Positions 9,400 to 18,115 of a stretch of 64,000 nucleotides of DNA are shown here, one piece after another. The notes beneath the pieces are model-generated. The model did not search any database. It had not been told where the DNA came from and saw only the letters and a program-made list of their open reading frames with translations. The position numbers were made by a program, and so were the translations under genes. Each line of letters begins with the position of its first letter. Positions within the stretch are counted from its first letter, which is position 1. The stretch is from Candidatus Saccharimonadota bacterium (GTDB lineage Bacteria; Patescibacteriota; Saccharimonadia; Saccharimonadales; SZUA-47), in the NCBI GenBank assembly GCA_016700315.1, contig CP065013.1, positions 449,449-513,448 of the forward strand, in the 5' to 3' direction.

Positions 9400-9490
9400 G
9401 ACTTTTTGCCTTCTTTATCTGGCTCATAACTCAAACTCCGCCAGTTGGCGGCTGGCAGAAGAGGAAGCTAGAATTGAGAATAAGCAAGAT
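9400..9490. repeat. copy A of a dispersed ~90-nt element with a central palindromic hairpin (CCGCCAGTTGGCGG)
   Basis: Aligns by eye with 17564-17636: GACT..TGGCTCA(T/C)AACTC..CGCCAG(T/C)TGGCGG..GAAG..GA(A/T)TAAGCA(A/C)GAT. Confidence 0.55.
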
Positions 9491-9526
9491 CAAGTAATGT
9501 ATTCGTCTTGAACGTATTAAACCGAC

Positions 9527-10048
9527 TTATTGTTTCTTGGTTTTATACAAGAAATATAGCGGAACACTTATAAGCGGGATCATTAAAAATAATCCTGGAT
9601 ATAGTAGCGGGAGTAGTATGTCGTTTGATGTGTAAGCCTTGTTTCTCAAGATGATTATAGTTACAATAGCGACCCAAGTAACACAGACCAGCATTAATAA
9701 GTGACATATAGCAAAAATCCAATCTACAAATAAATTCGGTTTTTCGGGCCTCTTAAGATAAAACAAATATAGATACACTATTGCGCGAACAATAAAAAAA
9801 GCACCAAATGAAATTAGGGGTATGAACACATTCGTGGCGACATCAACAATTGCAGAGCTGTACAGCCACATGAAGTAATTAATCCCTAGGATCAAAAACG
9901 TGTGGGTGGCCTCCCATGTTGCATGAAGATACTCGCCGCCCTTGTCTAGAGGCTTACCGATGCGCCGCAGTGAAATGTATGTTTCAACTATGAACATGGG
10001 GATATAGGCTAGAATCGGTATAACTACAAACCAAATGGCAGACATCAA
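9527..10048 (-). CDS. polytopic membrane protein coupled to CydA (not recognisable as CydB)
   Basis: 173 aa, about 5 TM helices, 4-nt overlap with cydA stop; half the length of canonical CydB and lacks its N-terminal pattern. Confidence 0.5.
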   Translation of the reverse strand: MMSAIWFVVIPILAYIPMFIVETYISLRRIGKPLDKGGEYLHATWEATHTFLILGINYFMWLYSSAIVDVATNVFIPLISFGAFFIVRAIVYLYLFYLKRPEKPNLFVDWIFAICHLLMLVCVTWVAIVTIIILRNKAYTSNDILLPLLYPGLFLMIPLISVPLYFLYKTKKQ

Positions 10049-11379
10049 TACAAACCTTTCGCAGGTTTTACCTCACCTTGTTTCTTAAACAATATCCATA
10101 ATGCCAGCGAAGTAACCGCAAATAAAATTAGATATAAAATGGGGAAAATGAAACCCCAAGAACCGATTTGCCCAGTAAACGCGTCACTAGTTAGTAGGTA
10201 CCCATTGACGATAAAAGGCTGTCTCCCAAATTCTGCAACCATCCAGCCAAGCTCTACGACGATAATTGCTAGCGGCCCTAGGGGCAAAAGTGCGATTAAT
10301 GTCGGCTTTTTATAACGCCAATCACGATACTTTTGCTTGAGCTTTTTTGAATGTAGTGCCGTAAATAAAACTGTAATCACTGCGCTCGAGCCGACTAATA
10401 AAAGCTTGGCTTCAAAGAGGAAATTTATAAATAGCATTGGCCATGTATCTTTCGGAAAATCCTGTAGACCCTTAACTTCAGTTGATGGGCTATCTCCTAC
10501 TAAAATGCTAAGCATGTTTGGGATTTTTACACCTCCCTCGACTTTGCCGTCTTCATTCCAATGACCGCCAAGAATGTATGGAGCATTTTTTTGTGTTGTC
10601 TCGTTGAGCTCAATTGCTGCGAATTTACGAGGTTGAGATCTTGCCAAATACTGTGTCTGAAAATGTCCAATAATACCTGTAATACCGATAAAAATTACCG
10701 CTGTTGCAGAGAGCCTGAACATAATTTGCCGTACGGCATTTTTGTCGTTGCCCGCTGGCCTAAACTTAAGTGTATAAAATGCGTATATGCCTAGAACACA
10801 CAGTAACGTTGCTAAATAATACCCTGCAATTGAGTGGCCAACCATAAACAATGCAGTTCTTGATAATAAATTAGCAAGAGGATTAGTCGTCTGAACAACG
10901 CCGTCAACTACATTTAATGTCCCCGGATTTTGCATCCACGCATTTCCGAGCGTAATCGCAAAAGCAGATCCTAAGGACCCAAGAGCCACAGGAACTCCGA
11001 GCCACCAATGTTTCCAGCCTTTGATCTTGCCCCAAGTCGAGACATAAAAGGCTAAAAATACAGCTTCCAGCATAAACGCATAACCTTCCCAACCAAACGC
11101 AAGGCCCATAACTCGTCCACCAAACTTAACTAGTCCGGCCCACATAAGTGACATTTGTATGGCGACTATTGTACCTGAAGCAACCCCCGCAATGACCAGA
11201 ATAAGAGTTGCATACGAAAGTCGCTTAGCGTGCTCAATAATTATTGGATTTTTCCTACGTATCGCAAGTTGTTCCATTAAAAGAATTACGGGTGGAAGCC
11301 CTACGCCAAGTAGTGCGAAAATTATATGAAATGCGAGGCTATCAGCCATCAATGCGCGCGCAGCATCTACATTTATCAT
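10045..11379 (-). CDS. cydA: cytochrome bd-type quinol oxidase subunit I
   Basis: 444 aa; N-terminus ARALMADSLAFHIIFALLGVGLP and the GWxxAExGRQP-like motif GWMVAEFGRQPFIV. Confidence 0.85.
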   Translation of the reverse strand: MINVDAARALMADSLAFHIIFALLGVGLPPVILLMEQLAIRRKNPIIIEHAKRLSYATLILVIAGVASGTIVAIQMSLMWAGLVKFGGRVMGLAFGWEGYAFMLEAVFLAFYVSTWGKIKGWKHWWLGVPVALGSLGSAFAITLGNAWMQNPGTLNVVDGVVQTTNPLANLLSRTALFMVGHSIAGYYLATLLCVLGIYAFYTLKFRPAGNDKNAVRQIMFRLSATAVIFIGITGIIGHFQTQYLARSQPRKFAAIELNETTQKNAPYILGGHWNEDGKVEGGVKIPNMLSILVGDSPSTEVKGLQDFPKDTWPMLFINFLFEAKLLLVGSSAVITVLFTALHSKKLKQKYRDWRYKKPTLIALLPLGPLAIIVVELGWMVAEFGRQPFIVNGYLLTSDAFTGQIGSWGFIFPILYLILFAVTSLALWILFKKQGEVKPAKGLY

Positions 11380-11506
11380 TACGCTTATGTTAACAGGGTA
11401 TTTTCGTTAGTGCAAAAAATGCAGCCGAACATCTTCGTGCATATAAATACGAAGTTTTTTTGGTCCCTAAATTTGGGGTACTAAGATGCTTGCATGCTCA
11501 AGTGGC

Positions 11507-11773
11507 TTACCGCAATTTAAATACCTTACCAATAACCATAGCAAATGGCACTACGCCAAAATGCCTGCTATCAGTACTTGCATCAGTGTTATCGCCAACC
11601 ACATAAACACCATCTGACTCGACGGCCGTTATTCTTTTTACTTTTTCGAGTCCGCAATGCTTAACCATGACAATATCGTTCACTTTTGGAACGTAACGCC
11701 AGCGTCTAACATAGATGATTTGTCCAGGCCTGAGGCTTGGAAGCATACTTGCTCCAACTACTCTACGCAACAT
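11507..11773 (-). CDS. sodX: Ni-SOD maturation protease (S26 signal-peptidase family)
   Basis: GASMLPSL catalytic Ser motif and GDNTDASTDSRHFG; directly downstream of sodN; start at ATG 11773 preferred over 11812, which would overlap sodN by 38 nt. Confidence 0.75.
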   Translation of the reverse strand: MLRRVVGASMLPSLRPGQIIYVRRWRYVPKVNDIVMVKHCGLEKVKRITAVESDGVYVVGDNTDASTDSRHFGVVPFAMVIGKVFKLR

Positions 11774-11774
11774 A

Positions 11775-12161
11775 CTAAGATGCTTTTTTTGTCTCCCAGA
11801 ATATTTTGGCAATTTCGTCTATCATTATTAGTAACTTTTTGCCTTCTTCGGGTTCGCTATGGTGCTTGCATTCTCCGGCTTGCTTGGTAGCTCTCCATAT
11901 TTTGTCATGAAGGTCGGGGTATTTTTCCAGATGTGGTGGTTTGAAATAGTCAGTCCACAGAACCCACAGATGATGTTTTACTAGCTCTGCTCTCTGTTCT
12001 TTGATAATAACCGCACGAATTCTATTGTCAGGGTCAAGACCCTCCATTTTCTCTTGTATTGCCAATACACTTTCTGCTTCAATCCTTGCTTGAGCTGGGT
12101 CGTAGATGCCGCAGGGTAGGTCGCAGTGAGCGTAAGCTGGTTTGATGTTGAATAACTTCAT
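11775..12161 (-). CDS. sodN: nickel-containing superoxide dismutase precursor
   Basis: Leader MKLFNIKPAYA followed by the Ni-hook HCDLPCGIYDP. Confidence 0.9.
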   Translation of the reverse strand: MKLFNIKPAYAHCDLPCGIYDPAQARIEAESVLAIQEKMEGLDPDNRIRAVIIKEQRAELVKHHLWVLWTDYFKPPHLEKYPDLHDKIWRATKQAGECKHHSEPEEGKKLLIMIDEIAKIFWETKKAS

Positions 12162-12437
12162 AACTTTAGTATAGCTTACAAGTAAAATATCTGCCTAGCA
12201 GCATCGAAAAGAGCCAGACTTAGTTAAATGAGGCCGTTTAGTCGGAAGACTAATGGGGAATCAAGACGTGGCCTTTGCCAAACGATGCATGCGCATTTTT
12301 TAGTATAAGCTCTGTTTGCGGTCGGATTGGCGAATATTCAGCATGCGTTTTTCTGTCCTTGAACCTATTATCACTATAACGAATAAAGTAGCACATACGC
12401 CTCCTGGATCGTATAGGAGCTGCCGCTAATTGACCAC

Positions 12438-12468
12438 TTGACTTAGAGTACTCTAAGTCATTTATAGT
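12438..12468 (+). promoter_or_regulatory. MerR-type promoter: TTGACT - 19-nt spacer - TATAGT with an 18-bp perfect palindrome operator
   Basis: TTGACT 12438-12443, TATAGT 12463-12468, palindrome ACTTAGAGTACTCTAAGT 12441-12458; the 19-nt spacer is the MerR-family hallmark. Confidence 0.7.
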
Positions 12469-12951
12469 ATGGCTATGGGTCACAAAAGTGATGTTGAGTA
12501 TCCGGTTGAAATACAAGAAGCGTCGCGGCTCAGTGGTTTGAGTGAGCACACGCTTCGTTACTACGAGAAAATCGGTTTACTACGCCCTATCAGCAGAGAC
12601 GCAAACAGCGGGCACCGCCTCTATGGCGCAGATGACGTCGCCACATTGCAATCTTTATCGTATTTGAGCGCCTGTGGTTTTTCTATCTCGGAAATGCGCC
12701 GTTACCTACAGTATATTCGCAGCGTCGACAACTATGCCGTTGAAGCGCTGAAGATGTTTGTCGAGCACGAAAAAGCCTTTGCTCAGAAGCTGAAGACGCT
12801 GAAGTTACAACATGAATACATCCAGACAAAGGTATTGTACTGGCAAGCACGCGTCGAGAACGATGAGACGAAGTTAGATGAAGCTATCACAAAGAACCGC
12901 AAGGTAGCAGAACAACTGCTCAATAGTAATCTGTATAGGAGGCAAAAATGA
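12469..12951 (+). CDS. MerR family transcriptional regulator
   Basis: IQEASRLSGLSEHTLRYYEKIGLLRPISRDANSGHRLYGADDV; likely leaderless from ATG 12475. Confidence 0.85.
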   Translation: MAMGHKSDVEYPVEIQEASRLSGLSEHTLRYYEKIGLLRPISRDANSGHRLYGADDVATLQSLSYLSACGFSISEMRRYLQYIRSVDNYAVEALKMFVEHEKAFAQKLKTLKLQHEYIQTKVLYWQARVENDETKLDEAITKNRKVAEQLLNSNLYRRQK

Positions 12952-13622
12952 AGATAGCAATACTAGGAACAGGCATGGTCGGCAAAGCGCATGCTGGGCG
13001 GCTTGTGGCGCTTGGCCACGAGGTCGCCCTCGGCACGCAAGATGTCGAGGCAACCAAGAAGAGCGATAAGCCCGATAACGCTGGCCAGCTTTTCGCCGAC
13101 TGGCTGGCAAAAAATCAGAGCGTACAACTTATGCCGTTCCACGAAGCGGCCGAGTTCGGCGACATCATCATCAACGCCCTATCCGGCGAAGTGTCGGTGC
13201 TGGTTCTTACGGGTCTCAATCAGCAGATTGGCAAAAAGATAGTTATAGATATTGCCAACCCGCTTGATTTTTCTCATGGCTTTCCGCCAACCCTTTCTGT
13301 TAGTAATACCGACAGCCTTGGCGAGCAACTACAGGCGGCCATACCGAAGGCTAGAGTGGTGAAGGCGTTTAACACGCTCACCGCGGCACTGCAAGTGGAG
13401 CCTAGTCTCATCGCGAGCGGTGAGCATGCACTTTTCATCAGCGGCAATGACGCTGTGGCCAAACAGCAAGTAACGGAGCTCGCCGAGAGCTACGGCTGGC
13501 ACACCATCATCGACCTCGGCGATATTTCGACCGCCCGAGGCAGCGAGATGTATTTGCCGCTGTGGCTTCGCCTGATGGACGCACTCGGTACGCCAATGTT
13601 TAATATAGCAATCATAAAATAA
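12948..13622 (+). CDS. NAD(P)-binding oxidoreductase, F420-dependent NADP reductase-like family
   Basis: MKIAILGTGMVGKAHAGRL Rossmann motif; family-like VVKAFNT segment; ATGA overlap with merR. Confidence 0.7.
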   Translation: MKIAILGTGMVGKAHAGRLVALGHEVALGTQDVEATKKSDKPDNAGQLFADWLAKNQSVQLMPFHEAAEFGDIIINALSGEVSVLVLTGLNQQIGKKIVIDIANPLDFSHGFPPTLSVSNTDSLGEQLQAAIPKARVVKAFNTLTAALQVEPSLIASGEHALFISGNDAVAKQQVTELAESYGWHTIIDLGDISTARGSEMYLPLWLRLMDALGTPMFNIAIIK

Positions 13623-13638
13623 CAAGAGGAGTAAGGTC

Positions 13639-14382
13639 ATGAAATTAACCAATAACACAGTATTAGTAACCGGCGGCGGGTCAGGCATCGGCCAAGGTTT
13701 AGCAGAAATGTTGCACGCACGTGGCAACCGCGTCATCATTGCCGGGCGTAACAAAGCTCGGCTCGACGCAGTCACCGCAACGAACGAAGGCATGCAGTCA
13801 ATCGAGCTCGATATCACCGACAGTGCCTCAATCGACGCTCTAGTCGCGCGGGTCAAGGCAGAGCACCCAAAACTCAATGCCGTTATCTTAAACGCGGGTA
13901 TTATGAGGCCCGAAGAAGTCGGGAATAACGATGTCCAAACCGCCAAAGAGACGATCGCTACCAATCTGACCGGCGTTATCGAGCTCAATTCCAAACTGTT
14001 GCCAGTCATTAGGCCCAATACGAACCCGGTCATTATGACTGTATCATCGGGCCTGGCATTTGTGCCAACATCGATGTTCCCGACCTATTGCGCCACCAAA
14101 GCGGCCATCCATTCTTACACCCAGTCGCTGCGCTCACAACTGAAATCTCAGGGCGTGCAGGTGATTGAACTGGCTCCGCCCTATGTCCAGACCGAGCTCA
14201 CTGGCCCTCAGCAAGCTACCGACCCATCGGCTATGCCGCTGGCTGCATTTATCGAAGAAGTCACGGGCATTCTTGAGGGCAATGATGCGGTTGAAGAAGT
14301 GCTGGTTGAGAACGTCAAATATTTGCGTGAGGCTGAGTCAAGCGGCGAATACGCCACCCGCTACGCCGCCCTAAATCAGTAA
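13639..14382 (+). CDS. SDR family oxidoreductase
   Basis: TGGGSGIG cofactor motif, NAG, catalytic YCATKAA. Confidence 0.85.
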   Translation: MKLTNNTVLVTGGGSGIGQGLAEMLHARGNRVIIAGRNKARLDAVTATNEGMQSIELDITDSASIDALVARVKAEHPKLNAVILNAGIMRPEEVGNNDVQTAKETIATNLTGVIELNSKLLPVIRPNTNPVIMTVSSGLAFVPTSMFPTYCATKAAIHSYTQSLRSQLKSQGVQVIELAPPYVQTELTGPQQATDPSAMPLAAFIEEVTGILEGNDAVEEVLVENVKYLREAESSGEYATRYAALNQ

Positions 14383-14495
14383 GCCAACTAAGGTCGCATC
14401 TGACGCCGTAAATGTGACTTATGAGGTTCGGCTTCGTGCGGGCAGGAAAGGGGTGGTTTGACCTAGGATGGTATGATGCCACTTGGTAAGTCCGT

Positions 14496-14909
14496 CTAAG
14501 GTTGGCATTTATTGCAGTAGCCGTTTAATTCTACCGAATGTTGCTTTAAGGCAAAACCATAGACAGTCTCTAATGCGTGCAAACTACGTTCTAGTTCATC
14601 ACTTTTGATGGCTACACTCGACCCACACCGGCTGCACGTAAAGTGATGATGGTGGGGTGAAAAGTCCTCACTCAGTTCAATTTTACTTTTGAACCCACTC
14701 CACACTCGATGCGCCACACCGGTCTTCTCAAACAACTGTAGCGTACGATATACGCTTACCATATCCACTTCGCTCGATTTTTCAATAATTTGAGCGACAG
14801 TCAGGGCATCATGCGCATCAATCAGTACTTGAAACACAACTGTGCGCGGTCGAGTTACACTATAGCCCTGGTTTTTGAGCAGGGAACTAAGCTTATCTAA
14901 CGGATTCAT
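14496..14909 (-). CDS. zur: Fur family regulator, probably Zur
   Basis: Fur-like wHTH, HHHFTCSRCG...CNKC zinc sites; divergent from znuABC. Confidence 0.8.
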   Translation of the reverse strand: MNPLDKLSSLLKNQGYSVTRPRTVVFQVLIDAHDALTVAQIIEKSSEVDMVSVYRTLQLFEKTGVAHRVWSGFKSKIELSEDFSPHHHHFTCSRCGSSVAIKSDELERSLHALETVYGFALKQHSVELNGYCNKCQP

Positions 14910-14928
14910 CTTGCAAAATTATAGCAAA

Positions 14929-14947
14929 ATTGCAAAAGATTTGCAAT
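14929..14947. promoter_or_regulatory. Fur/Zur-box-like 8-3-8 inverted repeat ATTGCAAAAGATTTGCAAT
   Basis: Read directly in the zur-znuA intergenic region; arms ATTGCAAA / TTTGCAAT are exact reverse complements. Confidence 0.6.
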
Positions 14948-15057
14948 AAATCGCAGGGATCATATATCATTGCTCTATGAGAAATGCCTTGGGTATCAGT
15001 AAAAACAATCGGATATTTGTGAGCACGGGATATTAATTGTTAAAGGAGTTATAAACG

Positions 15058-15990
15058 ATGAAAAATGAACGAAGTTGGAGGTTGGGAGCGGCAATCGCCA
15101 TTGTGGCGGTACTTATTGTGGGAATCCTGGCAGTGACTAAAAACCAAAACAGCAAAACTGATGACAAAGTAAGCGTGGTAGCAAGTTATTACCCACTTTA
15201 TGATTTTGCAAAAAACGTCGGCGGTGACAAGATATCCGTGAAAAACATAACGCCAGTTGGCTCTGAGCCTCATGACTATGAACCCTCCCCGCAGCAGTTA
15301 GTTGAAGCTCAAAAAAGTAATGTGTTTGTTTATAACGGCGGCACAATGGAACCGTGGGTTGACAAGTTTATAGCCGACTATAAGAGCATTGGCGTGCAAG
15401 CAGGCAGCGGCATTGATTTTGTCGAAGGTTCGGACGAAGAAACTGGCGAGCTTTCCGAAGACATTAAAGACCCACATTTTTTGCTTGACCCAGTACTTGC
15501 TCAGCAAATTGTGAACAACATTCGCGATGGACTAATCAAGGCTGACCCTAAAAACAAAGATTATTTTAGCTACCGTGCTAAAGCATATAACAATAAGCTT
15601 GCCCAGCTAGACCAAGATTTCAAAACTGGCCTTGCTACTTGCCAAAGCCGAAGCGCTATTACTTCGCACGCTGCTTTCGGATATTTAGCAAAAAGGTATA
15701 ATTTAGATATTGTTTCAATCGCCGGTATTACTCCGGGTGAAGAACCAAGCGCCGCCAAGCTTGCCGACCTAACAAAGCTTGTCAAAGATAAACAAATTAA
15801 ATATGTTTTCTTTGAAGGCTTAGTGAGTCCTAAACTTGCCGAAACGGTAGCAAGCGAAACAGGTGCAAAAACAGCGGTATTCGATCCCGTAGAAGGAGTT
15901 AGTGATGATGACCAAAAACAAGGCAAAGACTACCTTAGTGTCCAGCGAGAAAACCTTGCCAATCTACGAACAGCCCTCGCATGTCAGTAA
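15058..15990 (+). CDS. znuA: metal (zinc) ABC transporter substrate-binding protein
   Basis: TroA/ZnuA-like pattern: SYYPLYDF, GSEPHDYEPSP, DPHFLLDP, His/Asp/Glu-rich loop. Confidence 0.85.
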   Translation: MKNERSWRLGAAIAIVAVLIVGILAVTKNQNSKTDDKVSVVASYYPLYDFAKNVGGDKISVKNITPVGSEPHDYEPSPQQLVEAQKSNVFVYNGGTMEPWVDKFIADYKSIGVQAGSGIDFVEGSDEETGELSEDIKDPHFLLDPVLAQQIVNNIRDGLIKADPKNKDYFSYRAKAYNNKLAQLDQDFKTGLATCQSRSAITSHAAFGYLAKRYNLDIVSIAGITPGEEPSAAKLADLTKLVKDKQIKYVFFEGLVSPKLAETVASETGAKTAVFDPVEGVSDDDQKQGKDYLSVQRENLANLRTALACQ

Positions 15991-16690
15991 AAAGCTACTA
16001 CTTGATGCCGACAATATTGGCGTGACTATTGGCAGCAACATTATACTGGAAGATATTTCTTTCTGTGTTCACGCTGGCGAGTTTGTCGGCTTAATTGGTC
16101 CAAATGGCGCGGGCAAGACAACTCTGCTGCGTGTTTTGCTTGGACTTATGCTGCCCACGCAAGGGCAGCTATCCATGAAGCCGCAAAATATTGGTTACGT
16201 ACCGCAAAGGGGTTACACGCACGACAACCAAGTACCGCTCTCTGTTTTGGAAGTGGTAAAACTTGGAGCACGTGGCAATAACGAGCGGGCAAAACAAGCA
16301 CTTTTGGAAGTAAACATGCAGAATGCCGCTCATAAGCGCTTTACTGAGTTGTCTGGTGGCCAGCAACAGCGGGTGCTGATTGCTAAAGCTCTAGCTAGCA
16401 ACCCAACGATTCTTATACTCGATGAGCCGACCACTGGCGTAGACAATAATTCTCAGGCTGAGTTTTTTGAAACGATGTTTAGGCTCCATAAGAAAGGTAT
16501 AGCTGTAGTTATGGTCTCTCACGACGTAGATACCGTGCTAAAAGTAGTCACCCGTGTTATGTGTCTCAACCGCAGTATATTGTACGATGGTCCGCCTCAG
16601 CACTTTGAGGAAGACAAGTTTATGCCGCGCCTATACAACCAACAACATGTCTTATTACACCACCAACACCAGGACGCAAAAAATGTTTGA
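15902..16690 (+). CDS. znuC: metal ABC transporter ATP-binding protein (start uncertain)
   Basis: Walker A GPNGAGKTTL, signature LSGGQQQR, Walker B ILILDEP; the only canonical starts give an 89-nt overlap with znuA. Confidence 0.8.
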   Translation: MMMTKNKAKTTLVSSEKTLPIYEQPSHVSKKLLLDADNIGVTIGSNIILEDISFCVHAGEFVGLIGPNGAGKTTLLRVLLGLMLPTQGQLSMKPQNIGYVPQRGYTHDNQVPLSVLEVVKLGARGNNERAKQALLEVNMQNAAHKRFTELSGGQQQRVLIAKALASNPTILILDEPTTGVDNNSQAEFFETMFRLHKKGIAVVMVSHDVDTVLKVVTRVMCLNRSILYDGPPQHFEEDKFMPRLYNQQHVLLHHQHQDAKNV

Positions 16691-17477
16691 GATTTTTCAA
16701 TACTCTTTTATGGTGCGTGCGTTCGTTGCAGGGCTACTAGTGGCTATTACCGTACCGCTTATGGGTAGTTTTCTGGTTGCTCGTCGTTATTCTTTGATAG
16801 CTGATAGTCTAGCTCATGTTAGCCTGGCTGGTATAGGCGCTGGTTTGCTACTGAACACTACGCCAATTTTTCTGGCTATACCCGTAACTATGGCAGGTGG
16901 CTTGGTGATGGAATATTTGCGTCAGAATAAAAAAGTAAGCGGCGAAACGAGTTTAGCAATTTTAATGAGTAGCGGTCTGGCTATTGCCGTAGTGCTTGCA
17001 AACCTAGCTCAAGGAGGGCGCGCAGATTTTAATTCCTATCTTTTTGGCAGCATTGCAACTACCGCCGTAAAAGATATTTATGTGCTTTTAGCCGCAGCAG
17101 CGGTAGTAATTGGGCTGTTGCTCATAAACTATCGAGCATTCTTACACATTGCATTTGACGAAGATAGCGCCCGGATTGCCGGCTATAAAGTAAGCGCCTT
17201 AAATTATTTGTTGGCTGCTATGACAGCTTTGGTGGTGGTCTTAAGCCTGCGCATAGTCGGGGGGCTACTTATCAGTGCGCTCTTGGTTATTCCCGTAATA
17301 GCAGCCAGTCGATTTAGCCAAAGTTTTGGTCAAACGATTTTGTTAGCCACCTTTTTTGCAGTAATTGCCGTTATCGTCGGGTTGTTCATGGCATTTTACG
17401 TAGGAATTGCAGCTGGCGGTGCCATAGTTGTAGCCGCGTTAATCATTTTTTTGTTGGCACTTTTGCTTGGCAAATGA
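16683..17477 (+). CDS. znuB: metal ABC transporter permease
   Basis: ATG 16683 overlaps the znuC stop (ATGTTTGA); polytopic, family-like FMVRAFVAGLLVAI...SLAHVSLAGIG. Confidence 0.85.
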   Translation: MFEIFQYSFMVRAFVAGLLVAITVPLMGSFLVARRYSLIADSLAHVSLAGIGAGLLLNTTPIFLAIPVTMAGGLVMEYLRQNKKVSGETSLAILMSSGLAIAVVLANLAQGGRADFNSYLFGSIATTAVKDIYVLLAAAAVVIGLLLINYRAFLHIAFDEDSARIAGYKVSALNYLLAAMTALVVVLSLRIVGGLLISALLVIPVIAASRFSQSFGQTILLATFFAVIAVIVGLFMAFYVGIAAGGAIVVAALIIFLLALLLGK

Positions 17478-17544
17478 TCAGCTACTAGGGCGAGGCTACT
17501 AGAGTAAAATAAGAGAAATGCATGCTGTAATTTACCAATAAAAT

Positions 17545-17636
17545 AAAATGGCCAGATAATTCTGACTCACTTTCTTTTGGCTCACAACTCCGCCAGCTGG
17601 CGGAAAGGGAAGTTATAATCACGATTAAGCACGATT
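17545..17636. repeat. copy B of the dispersed element, with palindrome TCCGCCAGCTGGCGGA at 17589-17604; left island repeat
   Basis: Direct reading; shares the right part with copy A (9400-9490) and the left 40 nt with 28101-28141. Confidence 0.6.
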
Positions 17637-17661
17637 ATACTTATGCTATACTCTAATCAAT

Positions 17662-18038
17662 GATACGAGTGAGTGGGGAGTTGTAGCCCTTTCCTCTCAC
17701 TCAACTACTGCTTACGCAGTAAATCGTTGAGCGATCCTTCACCTGTCTTTTTCAAGAGGGTGCCGAGTTGCATATCATCACGGACTTTGAAGTCCACGTT
17801 GTATTGCTTCTCGATGGTCTTAACCAATGTGTCACTACGTTTTTGACGTAATGGTCCACTTTGATTACGTGATCTGTACCCAGCCATGCCAGGTGCATCA
17901 GGTGCACGTTTGTTTGCCATAGTGTTTGTTCTCCTTTCTCGTCAGCATTACTATTGGTGGCTGACGTCTGCTGTACCGTCTTGCACCAATACTTACTTCT
18001 TAGAGAGTCGAGAGGAGGTCTCCCCACTCACTCGTATC
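17662..18038. repeat. 19-bp perfect inverted repeats flanking a small ORF
   Basis: GATACGAGTGAGTGGGGAG at 17662-17680; its exact reverse complement CTCCCCACTCACTCGTATC at 18020-18038. Confidence 0.8.
17705..17920 (-). CDS. hypothetical small basic protein (71 aa)
   Basis: Strong RBS (AAAGGAGA 7 nt upstream of ATG); no family recognised. Confidence 0.55.
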   Translation of the reverse strand: MANKRAPDAPGMAGYRSRNQSGPLRQKRSDTLVKTIEKQYNVDFKVRDDMQLGTLLKKTGEGSLNDLLRKQ

Positions 18039-18115
18039 TATGAACTTCTCTATTATAACTCTCAAGCTTTACGCTATATATTGTGTTATTTACATTCAAA
18101 TAAACACTAAATAGC

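Noticed and set aside
11425-11460. Hairpin CTTCGTGCATATAAATACGAAG followed by T7 as a terminator
   Set aside because: The T-run is on the plus strand, but both neighbouring genes (cydA, sodX) are on the minus strand, so it is not a conventional terminator for either. It is noted only as a possible insulator.
12250-12549. 99-aa minus-strand ORF across the sodN-merR intergenic region
   Set aside because: It runs through the MerR promoter/operator and the merR start and has no motif support. It is likely spurious.
13329-14033. 234-aa minus-strand ORF
   Set aside because: It is entirely antisense to two well-supported plus-strand genes (the F420-reductase-like gene and the SDR gene) and has no recognisable motifs.
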